This document shows positions 42,306 to 56,909 of a stretch of 64,000 nt of DNA, in pieces. Both the position numbers and the translations under genes were made by a program. The notes beneath the pieces were generated by a model. That model was given only the letters and a program-made list of their open reading frames with translations, made no database searches and was not told the DNA's origin. Each line of letters opens with the position of its first letter. Positions within the stretch are counted from its first letter, which is position 1. The DNA lies in NCBI GenBank assembly GCA_012295275.1, contig CM022671.1, positions 15,686,001 through 15,750,000 on the forward strand. The letters are read 5' to 3'. Origin of the DNA: Chrysomallon squamiferum (taxonomy: Eukaryota; Animalia; Mollusca).

Positions 42306-42582
42306 TATTGTCTCCTGTGTCTCTTAATAAAGAAATGAAAATCCTTTCATAGAGGAATAAATACCTTGAAAATAAACTATATTAGTTTCTGATACAATAT
42401 TATTCTTACAACAACAGTAAAAAAAAAAAAAAATTCCGTTACATATGTCTGATATCTAATAATAACTCATTCTTAGAAAAATATATATTTAGTTTCATGA
42501 ATAAAATTCATCATAAATAAAAAAACTGGAAACATCAGATTATAAATATTCTGTATTTATTACTTTACTCTCTTTACTGTAT

Positions 42583-42617
<35 letters not shown>

Positions 42618-45103
42618 TGTTGTTATTTAGGTTCGACTTATCTTGGCATGTGTTCTGGCTCCACCCAACATATTTCTGGCTTGGAAAGTTGCACATAATT
42701 TTGGTTATCTTGAATTTAAGATTGTTGGAGCATCAGGAATTTTACAAAGTAAGTTTCCAGATACAGATTTTGTAAAAATTTATTTATTTAATAATTGAAA
42801 TACGAGATAGGTTTGTAAAGATTTGCACAGTATTTAAAGATTCTAATGAAAATATTTTCTTTGTTTGTTTGTTTGCCCTGAGAACTTTAAGTTATAAATT
42901 ATTTTTCATTTTGTTTAAAGATATGTATCGACAAGCTGCCATGTTTTCCTGTTTCATAAAGCTGGACCTACAAGCAGCAGTAAGTATGTGCTAAATTATT
43001 CTTTAGGCAAAAAGGCAGTTCATTCAGAGCATGAGATGTACACATATGTAGACAACAGTATTTTATTTACTTATTTATTTATTTTTTTTTTTTTTATTTT
43101 ATTTTTTTTTTTTTCAATATTTATTTATTTATTGTTTTTTTGGCTGGAGAGGTCTTTGTTTGATTCCGACAATGTCAAAAAAACAGCTGGTCATTTTTAT
43201 CTCACTGACAATAAAATTGTTTCTTATTTTACGTCATACTGCTATTTTCTTATTAAATAACAAATAATTATAATATTTCCCCTCAGTTTTAAAAAGAAAT
43301 GAAAATCAGTTCCACACAAAAACACATTAAACATGAAACTAATAATGGGAGTTTCTTTGTAACAAATTCTTGAACAAATTTACAATTAAACTGACAAGAG
43401 ATTATTTTTAAAAATTTCTGAATACCATTAAATAACTGTTTAATGCAGACACTTTATAATTCAATTTTACAGTATAAAATAAATATTTACCATAATATTT
43501 TGTAGTAAAACAGATTATTCATCTCTGTGCAAAAAAAACATACACATAGACAATTCAGACCTTTTATTAAAGAAATAGCCAACAGTTAAAGATCATTGTA
43601 ACAAAAATAATTTATATAGGTATATCTTTATAAATTATATTTTATTACTTTTTTTTTAAGATTAGTTTTGTCATCTTGGCTCTGAAAGAAGGTACAGACA
43701 TGACCATTCAAGAGAAAATAATTCTTGGTGTTGGAATACCGTATTCTTTCCTGTGGTCAGTTGGAGGTTGGATAATGGTAAGAATTTGAATGTTTATTAT
43801 TATCCTAATAAATGACACATAATGTCACATAACAAATGTGTATTTTAATGCTAATATATTGCATGAGCATTATATACACTAAAGTATGAGATATAACCAG
43901 CCTTATGGTTCATATGTTTTTACTTAATGAAGCATGGTCTACTTAGGACTATTTTTTTTTTTTCAGTATGACACATAGTAATTTAGTTACACCCCATGTT
44001 TTATCTGTGATTGTTGTAAAGATTAAACTCTGTGTTTTTATGTCACACACAGATTTACACCATGCATGCTGGATGAGTGCTGCACCCCACTAAAAACAGT
44101 AAATTCATAATAAATATTAAACTCACTCAATAATAATGTGGATCACACTGACAAATTAATTTTTCTGTCCACTGTTTGAAATACTGTGGCACTTGTCCTG
44201 AGATAGGACTGCACACCACAGAGCTAGTTGTATCTTGATATAGCTAGTTGTATCATGATACAGCTTTGTTTAGACTAGTTTGATAGTTTTGGAGTATTAA
44301 TATTCTTCTCTGGGTTTTTTTCAAATTTCAGTTAAGACATGAAGTGAAATCTGGTGCTGTGATGTTTGCTTTGTTTGGTTTAGCTAAACCTGCTTACTAC
44401 ACATACAAAATAATTGAAGTAAGTGTTGAATTTACTTTCACTGGCTTCAACTGGTTAGATTCTGTAAAAGTAAAGTCTATATATATTTTGTTATTATCAC
44501 AAATATCATTTAATAGTCTAAAACTATCCTAAAATTAGTCCAAAATAGACTTTCATTTTTACTAATTTAGTATATGTGTAGATTTTCATCATTATAAAGA
44601 AAACTGTAGAGTTAAACTGATTTTTTTTTGATCAGGTAAAAAATTAAGTGGAAGCTGACACTGATTTAATATCTTTGTCTTATTATTATCTTAGGTATTC
44701 TTTAATAACAGAAATAAAATACCTAAAACAGATTTTCAATTAACTGAGATGTAGATTTTCAGAATTACAAAGGTAACTCATCAACAGTTTAAATATTTGG
44801 CCCATTTTCAAACATAAATCATATATATAAATTGAATACATTTTTCTTTTACAAAATAACAGTACTGTCAGTTTAAGATTTTGGATTATAAATAATAAGT
44901 TAAATCTTTAGATATAAATCATTTGAAAATCTTGTATAATCATTTCTATTATAAACCTTTACTTTTTAAGATTCTGGATTTAACCTATAATTTATGTTAC
45001 TATAAAGTATATTGCTGTGATACATACAGTTTTTATAATCTTTTTTGTTATAAACATTTACTGTTCAGATTAGGATTAGAAGAGCCAAATATAATATACT
45101 TTA

Positions 45104-45140
<37 letters not shown>

Positions 45141-45414
45141 TTTTTTTAATGCACAAAGTAGTTTATGTAGGCCTACTGAATTTTGTTGTTAGACTGATTA
45201 ATTGTATTTTTAAGGACAAAGTAAATTGTATTTTATGATGGCATGCTATAAAATTATGCCATTATTTATTAATCTTTTGTTTGTTTTATAATTTTTTTAT
45301 TTTTAGGTTTACCTTCATATAAAGAGTAACCCTGATGATTTTGAAAACACAATAGTTTATTCTTTGTTAGCATCTGGTAGGTTCAAGCATGTACTTGTAA
45401 ACAAGAATTAAATG

Positions 45415-45461
<47 letters not shown>

Positions 45462-46259
45462 CTACATGTTTAAACATAGTATTATGTAGATGAACATAAT
45501 CAAAAACATTTGAAATAAAAATGGTAAATTTTGACAAAATGAAAAAAACATAACCAAAACAGTCTTCAAAATCAAATTTATTAAAGATATGTAATTAATT
45601 TAATAATGACCTTAAAAGTATTTTTAACTTCATACAAATGATTACATAATTATTAAATTATTTTTACTTTTACATCTAAATATACTTAAATTTCTATGCA
45701 AAATGTTTATTACAAGAGATGTTTTTGTGTTTTCTAGGTGCCATCGCACTTCTCTTGTGGTTTATCATCATGGCTGATCTGGTGTTTGTTGTTAGAAACT
45801 TTGGAAAAGGTCTCAGAGAAAAGGGTAAGATCAGTATTCTATAACCTTCATGCCTTGATTTTTTTTTTCTTCCTCTTGTTATGATAAGACAAATCAAAAA
45901 GTTTAATTCTCTGAAGACAGAACAGAGTGCAGTATTGAGAACCAAGTAAATAAAACATAATTTAATTAGCATTTTCTGTAATGGCATATACAGTACATGA
46001 TAATTTTTGATCTTATTCTTTTCTGTAGTAATACCTTACATTTAATCATAGAAAAAGGGTAATAATAATCTAATATTTCTCAAACAGTTAACTTTATAAA
46101 TGAAAAGAATGTTAATTTTAGATTTAACTGTCAAGAAATAGTGTATTTTTTCATGATGTGAAAAAATAAATTTATGTTTCAGCATTTCAAGATTTAGTCA
46201 CAGAACGAAGTGGCTTGTTATCTGGAATAAGATCTGGACGTTATTCAGTTGAATCATAA
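40999..46259 (+). CDS. Uncharacterised multi-pass (~7 TM) membrane protein, 346 aa, isoform a; exons 40999-41106, 41519-41687, 41994-42142, 42631-42748, 42921-42979, 43661-43777, 44332-44418, 45307-45376, 45738-45824, 46183-46259
   Basis: All nine introns are GT-AG and the phases fit, summing to a 1041-nt open frame: MESHSPDED...WVFLAISSINILTAVALTLYRM...GVFRERVYEL...NFGYLEFKIVGASGILQNMYRQAAMFSCFIKLDLQAA...VRNFGKGLREKAFQDLVTERSGLL. The FG..FKIVGA, KLD and NFGKGL motifs recall, from memory only, the fungal UPF0658 membrane protein family. Confidence 0.88.
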
Positions 46260-46298
46260 ATTTGTTTACTTGGACTCAAGAACTGTTTTTTGTTTCAG

Positions 46299-46372
46299 CA
46301 TTCCAGCACACAGTGTCAGAACACAGTGGTTTGTTAAGTAGTCATGCAGATTCCAGTTCACTCAACACTTAA
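46299..46372 (+). CDS. Alternative, duplicated last coding exon (isoform b, 345 aa) of the multi-pass membrane protein
   Basis: Second tgtttcag|CATT acceptor in the same phase; encodes AFQHTVSEHSGLLSSHADSSSLNT*, paralogous to AFQDLVTERSGLLSGIRSGRYSVES*. Confidence 0.75.
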
Positions 46373-47100
46373 CTTGAGTCTACAGTTCACTCAACGCCTA
46401 ACTTGAACAGTCTACTGTTCACTCAGTGCTTAACTTGAGTCTACAGTTCACTCAACGCCTAACTTGAGTCTACAGTTCACTCAACACTTGAGTCTACAGT
46501 TCACTCAACACTTAACTTGAGTCTACAGTTCACTCAACACTTAACTTGAACAGTCTACTGTTCACTCAATGGTTAACTTGAGTCTACAGTTCACTCAATG
46601 CCTAATTTGAGTCTACAGTTCACTCAATGCTTAACGTGAGTCTACAGTTCACTCAACACCTAATTTGAGTCTACAGTTCACTCAATGCTTAACTTGAACA
46701 GTCTGCTGTTCACTCAACACATCTTGAACAGTCTACTTTTCACTGAGCATGTAATTTCAAGTCTACAGTTCACTGAGCATGTCAACTTACTACAATTTAT
46801 CAACAATTAATTTGAGTCTGCTGTTCACTCAACATTTAAATTCTACAGTCTACAGTCATCAGTGCTGAACTTCAACAGTTTAAAGTTCTCTCAACACTTA
46901 ATTATAACAGTTTAGAGTTCATTCAACAGTCTACAGTTCATCAATACTTAACTTCACTTAATTATAACAGTTTAGAGTTCACTCAAAAGTTAACTTCCAC
47001 AGTCCTAAGTTCAGTCAACTCTTAACTTCAACAGTACAGATAGCGGAAGTGTTGTTTATTCATCAATTGATTTCATCAGTCTAAATTTAATTCAACAGTT
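46355..47100. repeat. Minisatellite, 29/31-bp unit (CAGTTCACTCAACACTTAACTTGAGTCTA), roughly 14 good copies then decaying
   Basis: Seen directly; the first unit overlaps the last codons and stop of exon 10b. Confidence 0.92.
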
Positions 47101-49224
47101 AAGCACAGCAGTCTACACATTTAGCTTAGATAGAGACTTCTAAAACAAAACCAGTAGAATTCAAGAGGGATGGCTTAGGGCTATGTTTGTTATATCAGAA
47201 AGACTCAGATGTTGCAAAACTTTGGTAAACAAAATTGACATATTAGAAACATTCTAATATCATTTATAATTACAAATTGTTATTATTTTAAAACATACTT
47301 TATTTTGACATTTTAAAAGAAGAAAATCTTAGTTTAGTTTTAAATCTTTAACAGATTTAATGTGCTTTCTTTTTCTTTTAGATTTATTTATTTTAATCGA
47401 TAAATTTTACAAAGATGTGATGAAAACACTTAATATAAATATCTAGTTTATCTCCATACTTCACGTGCATTAATGCAATATAATTTATTATAAACATGGA
47501 TTCAGAATATATTCATTTCGCCTATCTTCAGGTTACAAATAATCATTCAGTTCTCTGATTATGGATTTGTATTCAGTTATCTTTTCTTATTACACACACT
47601 TCTAAGTCCAGTGTCTTTTTGCTTTTAAACTTTATTTTCCTTTTTTCAACTTTTATAAAATTCAGTACAAAATTCTTTGGTTTTTGATCCAAAGGTATCA
47701 TTTTAACATTCAAACTTTCAAAATTCGGCATTTCTAGTATCATTTTAAAATTCAAACTTCCAAAATTTGGTATTTCTATAATTTTATAGTTTTATTTATC
47801 TGATTATCAGTAAAATACTGTTTATATAAAATAGGTTACACTGCCTTGTTGTGATTATATTATTTGTAAATATCCATCATCTTAAAATTTGTTTTTATTG
47901 TTGTTTATAATTAGGAGAAAAAGAAAGGAACCATTTATATTTCTATTAACCATAATCAAAATGTAAATTAATTTTATGCGTTTTATTAATTCATTGATTT
48001 TATTTTGCATATCTTGATTCAAAAGGAACACATTCGTATTAATAGTAGAATAAAAAAAATTTAACTCTTTTTTTAACTTTTGTTTTTTAAATATCTTTCA
48101 GACAGATTGGTCCAGTTTTATCACAGTATATCTCATAAATCTTCAAAAACTCAGATAAACATACCTGATTTGTAAATGTTATTCAGTTTTTAATTTTATG
48201 GAGTTTTATGTTTTGTATCATTGGTTAAGCTTTAGATGACAAAACACCTTTTAATAAAATTTGCTTGGTTACAAATACAGTACTGGTGGAAAAAAAAAAA
48301 GATCAAATATTCAAATATACATATACCGGATTTGTAAATGTTATTCTATTTTTAATTTATGGAGCTTTATGTTTTGTAATATTGTTTAAGCTTTAGATGT
48401 CAAAACACCTTTTAATGTAAATTATGATCAGTATGAAGTTTGCTTGGTTATGATTGCAGTACTGGAAGCAGTATTTATGAAATACTGAGATCTGGTATTT
48501 TTCCTGAGCTTTTAGTCATTGCTTCATTGCAAATAGATGTGCCTCTATTGTTTGAACAATATTTTTACAATTGTGATTAATCAATCCTTGATCTTAATTT
48601 CATGTTTCATCAAAATTCTCAAACGTACCGGTATGTTGTTTCTGGGGTTTCCACTGATGAAAAAAATGTTTGTATGAAAAAGGTTCACATTGATGTTTAA
48701 ATTTTATATGAAATGTTTTATTTGAAGAAGAAAATTGCTGACAGAAAGTATATTTGTATGTGTATTTATAATGTAAGAAAGATTGTTAATTTGTTATTTG
48801 TAGTTATAGAAGTCATGTATAAAACCAGTGATGCCCCTTATGTTCATGCACAACATGCAAGTGATTTCAGTAACCTTTGTAAAAAAAAATGGATATAATG
48901 ATAGTGATAATTACATAATAATTATCAGTTACAGTGTAAACTTTCAAAACATTGCAGGGGCCAGTCTAAAACTGTTTTACCTTTGTGATATTGCACTACA
49001 GAGTATTAATTAACCAAATGTTCTATTACAAATTTATGTAATATTCTCAGTATAGTGTTGATATTTCAGTTTTGTGTTATTTTTAACCACTTGTTATTAA
49101 AACTAATAACAACATACTTTACGTTGTATCAAATGAGTACAGCCCTGTCACTACAAAGGGAATCAAGATTATATTATAATTATGAAAATTTCACATATGC
49201 TTCCTGTAGCCATGTAAAAGTGTG

Positions 49225-49615
49225 TTTCTTCTTTAGTCACAGACACAGAGCAAGATCTAAAGCCACAAATGGATAACGTGACCAGGTTTGCTAAGAGATA
49301 TTACATGTTTTTGTCACAGACATAAAGAAAGATCCAAACTTGATTAGCAAACTAAGATGAAAAAAGGGTATAAGAGCCATACGTCCGATACTTTTGTGGA
49401 AGTATGTTACACGTTTTGTTACTGACATAGAGCATGATCTATGGCCCAAACTAGAGTAGCACAAAAAGATGAAAATTACTGTATGAAAGACATACGTCCA
49501 ATAGGTTTGTGGAAGTATGTTATGTGGTTTGTCATAGACACAGAGTGAGATCCATAGCCCAAAACTGGATTAACTAGAATGGCAAAAAAAAAAAGATGCA
49601 AGTTACTGTGAGATC
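49225..49615. repeat. Diverged ~110-bp tandem repeat, 3-4 copies
   Basis: Recurring gtcacagaca.agag..agatc and catacgtcc.ata..tttgtggaagtatgtta blocks. Confidence 0.7.
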
Positions 49616-50556
49616 CAGCAAACTTGAAAAAGTTACTTGGTTCCCTTTACTATGATAGGACACAGTAGGCAATAAATTATTTTTATTTTTTTTTACTTTT
49701 ATCCTGTTTATTTAGGTTATGACATAATTTTTTCAATTTAACCAGAAGAAATTTGTATCATGTTTATAGAATAAAATTAAATGTAACAATTAACAATTAA
49801 TCTGATCAGAATAATTAACCTCTTACAAGTTTTACAGAATAAAAATAAATATCAATATTAGAATTTTATTTAACAAATTTAATCACAAAAATTTCATATA
49901 TTCTTGTTTTAATGAATTTAATGAGAAAAATAATTTCAGGTTAAGATATTTATTCATTGTGTTCTTTTCTTTTTTATTTAATATTTTTGTTTTTCTTCTT
50001 CTTCTTCTTACTGTTACTGTTATAGTTGTGATTATTATTATTTTAATGATATGAATTTTATAGATATTTTGTCACTTTTCTCAAATCAAATCATCCTTGA
50101 GAAGGATCACTTATATAGAAGATAACTTTCTTTGATATTAACAATAGTAAAATTTTATGTATCTGAACAACAATGTCTGTTTTGTTCTGGTATTTTTAAA
50201 TGGCTATTAGATATACATTTTAAATTATTGATATTTTTATTTTAAATACTTGTGGGGGCATTATATTATAAATATTAGTATTTGTTTCATTTTAAAAATT
50301 CTTTTTTTATATATATTGTAAATATTTGTATTTGTTTTTATTTTAAATATTTATTGTTATTCAAAATATTTTTTTTTTTTTTTTTTTAATATTTAAAAAC
50401 TTTGTTTTGCCTTCAAACTGCAAGTGAAATATGTCAGCATCGTTGTAAGTCTGTATGTACATTCAAATGTATTTTTATATAAAATGTTGTTATAAAATTA
50501 TTTCAATGTATTTGCATATGTGAATATGAATGTTTGTATCAGCTTAATAGTAAGTT

Positions 50557-50562
50557 AATAAA
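50557..50562 (+). terminator. Candidate distal polyadenylation signal of the multi-pass membrane protein gene
   Basis: AATAAA followed by a T/GT-rich stretch, at the point where CpG-poor UTR-like sequence ends. Confidence 0.3.
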
Positions 50563-51914
50563 GATTTATATTTGAGCCAAAACTGTTTTATTTATTTATT
50601 TAACTGTTTTATGGGGATTGGTTTTGGTTATTTAATTAATTTATTTATTTATTTATTTATTATTGTTGTTGTTGTTGTTTTTGGATGCTGTAGTTAATGT
50701 TGTTATTATTACTATTATTATAAATAATAATAATAATAATAAATCGTAATCTGTACATCTGATTTGTTGCAAAAATATAGCATAATGAAAAAATAAATTG
50801 GGTAAATTTGTTTTTTTCTTTTTTTAAATTAAATCAAAAAGTAGCGTTTCTGTCCCATTTTGTGAGAAAAGTTATGCACATTTAAGTAAGCTGGTAATCA
50901 TGCCTTTTTGCCATTCTTTACCAGTGTGGAAATTGTGACCAGGACTAGGTTAAAAGCTCTGGCAGATTTGTCACAAAAATTAAGCGATTTCAACAAAAAT
51001 AAACAGTCATTAATCTCAATAATGGCGACCTATAATGATGTCCAGAAATGAAAACGCAACATCAATTAGCGTTAAAATAGTGACGTAAGGAAAGAGCCTA
51101 TATTATAATATATTAAAATGCACGAAGCAGAAAGAATTGGTTTGTGTTTGTTCTTATGAATATTAATTTGGAAAAAGAAACAAGAACAATATACACTGAC
51201 TCTCCTTTTGTTCATTAGACCTGCATTACGCCCATCTTGTGCAATGAAAAACAGACTAAAGAAATCGAGGGACATAACTCGGTTGATAAATGCTTATTTC
51301 TTATTGGAGTTACAGGTTCATTGCCTTAGTTTATCAAGATAAACGCGGTTTCATCGTCATTTAGATGTACATCAGTGTTTTATTATGATGAATTACACTA
51401 TACCCTATGATAGCCATTGCTACAAATCCTATGAATACTCTCGTTTTTTTTTGTTTGTTTTTTTGTTTTGAGGCAATTATCTGGTAATTTTACATTTGAT
51501 AGTAACGTATTAGTCTTTTTGGTAAATTAAAGGTTTTTAGAAAAAGTTGAAAATCAGTAGATTCTTTTCTACAACAGAAATATTTTTAACATTTCTTTTC
51601 TCTATGATACGGTAAAGTATATACTGAAACCCTTACGTTTTTCCTTGTGTCAACATTATGAAACCGTTTTAATGGTATCTTTAATGTATTAGGCTATAAT
51701 GAATATTCTTGTATTAACAGTGTTTTATAGCGATTTTTACTGGTATTAATAGTTGCAGTGTGCTAGGTGTTTATTATTATTATTATTATTATTAATATTA
51801 TTATTATTGTTGCTGTTGTTATCTTCAAAGAGCTATAAATATGTTTCGTGAAATGTGATCTGAAAAAACCCCGAGAGATATCGAAAATTAATTTATTTAT
51901 GGAGGTATACTGAA

Positions 51915-51945
<31 letters not shown>

Positions 51946-52743
51946 TGTATGTGTATATAAATATGACATGTTACAATTCAGGAAGTCTTAATGCACAACA
52001 GAGGCTTATCGATAAAGCTGACTTTATTTCGATTTCTATTTAAATACATTTTAACGATTTCTATTTTCAAACTAAATTAAATATAAGGCAGATATATCAG
52101 TTAATAAAAATACAAGGTTAAGGAAGGAAGGATTAATACTTTATAGCTGATATAACTGGACGTATATTATATTATACATTGTAATTTGCCTTTAGAAACT
52201 GGATTAATCTGTTGTCGTACTGCTAATTTTTTATAATTTTTCATTTTTTTTAAATATTTTTTAGAATGCCAAAGACTGTAGGGATAATATTGAATGCATT
52301 ATTTTCAGTTTTTGCTTTATCAGCAGTATCTGCAAACTGTTCAATATTAACAAGTTTATGAACGCTAAATTACTAGACAGCGCTATAAATGTGTCATCAA
52401 AAATTAAATAATCTGTCTGAGTAGATGTTGATTCTAAAGTACATTTCTCATAAGAGTTGAGTTAAGAAATATTTCACTTTTGTGTAATGTTAAATATATA
52501 TATATATATATATATATTGTACGAGTTATTTCCCTTTTTGTGAGATAAGGGGTGGGAAATCCAGATTTGTATTTCCGTGTGTTTGTTTGACTATAGGGAT
52601 TTTAAATCAAACCTTATTTGCATTTGTTGACTTTAAATCAGCTTTTCAAATGTAAAGCATAACCGTCAAATATTCATAATGTGGTTATAGGAATATACTC
52701 TGTTCATTTCTCATGTCGATATTTCCTGCCCATCTGTCCAAAG

Positions 52744-53566
<823 letters not shown>

Positions 53567-53742
53567 GTCTAAAGAGTGTTACCTCCTAAGTAAAAACAAA
53601 TATTTTTGTCATTTAATCTTTATTTCGCTTTTATCTGTGTAAAACAATATATTCACAAACAAAAGAACCCACATAACATACATACATACATATATAAATA
53701 CGCTACAGTCTGATTTATTTATTAATTTGTTACTGAAACTTC

Positions 53743-53783
<41 letters not shown>

Positions 53784-53900
53784 TATTTTCTGTTGAAGAT
53801 GTTGAGTTTTCAATATCATATTTATCTTATTTTTGAATTTACTCAGTTATATATATATATATATGTATTTTGTTTTATAAATAACGACAATGTTGACAAA

Positions 53901-53945
<45 letters not shown>

Positions 53946-54105
53946 AACACCTCAAACACTCTCGTAAAAACACTAAGACACTGCTGCTAAAACGTCTGGC
54001 TATGCTTTTATCCAGAAAGTTTCTCCGCAGCATAATTTAATTGCATTATTAAATGACCATGAGCGTTTGACGAAATGTATTGTCGTTTGATATTTACTGG
54101 AAACA

Positions 54106-54153
<48 letters not shown>

Positions 54154-54264
54154 AGTCTACTGTATTTTCCTTAAATAATTTAGGTTCAGGTGTGTTTTCT
54201 GACTAAACCGTTCATATCCTGATTTATACGGATCAACAATGTTCATTAAAAACTGGAATATAGA

Positions 54265-55210
54265 GACACACTGAGAACTTATGTATGAAAATACACTGGA
54301 AACGTATAGATCAAAACGCAATGAGAACTTACATATCAAAACTCATTGAGAAGTTATATATCAAAACTCATTGAGAAGTTATATATCAAAACATACTGAG
54401 AACTTATGTATGAAAATACACTGGAAACGTATAGATCAAAACGCAATGAGAACTTACATATCAAAACTCATTGAGAAGTTATATATCAAAACTCACTGAG
54501 AACTTATGTATGAAAATACACTGGAAACGTATAGATCAAAACTCATTGAGAAGTTATATATCAAAACTCGTTGAGAAGTTATATATCAAAACATACTGAG
54601 AACTTCTGAAAAATATTTAAAACTTATATATCAAAATACACTGAGAACTTATATATTAAAACACATTGAGAACTTACATATCAAAACTTATTGAGAAGTT
54701 ATATATCAAAATACACTGAGAACGTATATCGTAAAACGCTCTGACAACTTACATACCAAAACACATTCAGAACGTGTACATCAAAAACAAACTGAAAACT
54801 TGCATATTAAAACACGCTGAGAATATGTTTATAAAAAAAAAAAAAAAAAAAAATTACAGATCAAAACACATTGAGAACGTATATATTATTAAAACACATT
54901 GATAATTTACGTGATAAAACACAATGATAGTATATATACCAAAATACATTGAGAAGAGGTACATCAAAACACATTGAGAACTTATATATCAAAACACGTT
55001 GAAAAATTATTTATCAAAACGCATTGAGATCTTATATATCAAACTTATAAATTGAGAACTGATATATCAAAAACACACTGAAAACTGATGCATTAAAACT
55101 GAGAAATGATACATAAAAACACGGAGAACTTAAATATAAAAACACACTGAAAACTTTTATATCAAAATGCATTGAGACTCAATAAAACCTCACTGAAAAT
55201 TCATATATTA
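54265..55210. repeat. 25-bp satellite (TCAAAACTCATTGAGAAGTTATATA-like), roughly 35-40 monomers
   Basis: 25-bp period (tcaaaactca at 54336 and 54361); homogeneous on the left, degenerate on the right. Confidence 0.92.
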
Positions 55211-55764
55211 AAAAGAAAAGAAAATAATGTTTTTGGTTAATTTTAAAAACTATATATAAAAAAAAGTATATACATGAAAAGACACAGCTAATTTTCAGTT
55301 CTGAGACAGACATTTTATCAAAAGAATTCATCTGAGAAATGGTGAGACAGGAAAATGTATTGAATTAGCTGAGCTGTAACCTGTATTAAAATAGATTATT
55401 GAATATATAATATGATATAAAAATGTAAAATGACACAAAAAGATGGCTGTGAATTTTTTCCCTTGAATGTAATTGCTTACCTACAATTGGATAAAAGTAA
55501 AACCTACCATATATATATATATATATATTTTTATGTATGTATGTGTGTATGTATGTATGTATGTATTTATGTATTTTTCTTTCTTTCTTTGTAAAAATAT
55601 TTGTTTGTTTAATTATTTGTTTTATAATTTATTTATTTACTTACTTACTTACTTAATTACATATTTATTTATATATTTATTTATATGCTTCTCTCTCTTT
55701 TTGTATGTATGTACAAAAAGAGAAAGAAGCATATAAATAAATATAAAAATAAATAAATATATAA

Positions 55765-55814
<50 letters not shown>

Positions 55815-56909
55815 ATAGTACACACACACACACACACACACATACACACACTCACACACGTATGTATGTATATACTATGTATATATATGTGTGTTTGTGT
55901 GTGTTAGTCCGCTGTCTAATCGTTCTATATTTGTCCTGGCAAGTCGAGTATTTTTGTAAAAGAGATTTAAATGTAAAGCACGCTGGGTGGATAATGAATG
56001 TCGCTGTGCATGCGTGCAAGACGTCGTCTATTACGTCAGACTTCATTACACTGTCGTCCAGGGCAGATTATTCACCGTGAATACCGAGGATTCTATGACT
56101 CGTTTATAACTAAATAATGTGATCTAACAGAGGACATTTTGTTAGTACATTAGACCTTTTCACTGGTATGTGTGTGTGTGTGTTGTGGGGGGGTGTATAT
56201 GTGTTCGTGTGTAATGTTTGTTGATATACTTACTGAAAGTTGCATGGATTTACAGAAACATTCAAACACACACACACACAGACACACACAGACACACACA
56301 ACACAGATACATTTTAAGTAAATATAATCAAATGTTTATCGGTGACTATCGATGAAAAAAATGCATTAATAAATAAAATATTTTTGTATATCATAAAATG
56401 TAACTCGCATAATAAAATAGGCAAACATTTCTGCATTACAAGAATCCCAAACCGTTTTGACGGTCAGCCATTGTAGACTGGTTTTCTAACTGCTGTAACT
56501 TCTCACAATGTTTCTTTCACATTGTGAATCACGGTAGATGAAACAGATCATTGAAACGTTCCTAGAAGTGTCATCGGTCTAAAGTACATTATAGACACAA
56601 ACGATGTATTACTAAATTTGCCCTATTCTGGAAATCACTTTGACCTTCATCGCCGTTATTAGAAGTGGGGAAAATCGTGATTCAGTGAAATCACTCAGAC
56701 TCCATCTGGTGGCCGACGATTACAAAAATGCTACAAAGAAAGTGTCAGACAGATCGATGCAAGTTATTTAAATTAAAGCTTATGTATAATTCAAAACAGC
56801 TTATCTTATGCCAGTAAATGAACGGTCTCTAGGTTTAGCATGTCTAAGGTACAAGCCAAGAATTGAAGACCCGTACTTTACATAATCTGTACATTTGCTA
56901 TTTTTATTG

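Noticed and set aside
46355-47100. CRISPR-like array of ~29-31 bp palindromic repeats
   Set aside because: Units are head-to-tail with no unique spacers, there are no cas genes, and the context is eukaryotic; it is a minisatellite
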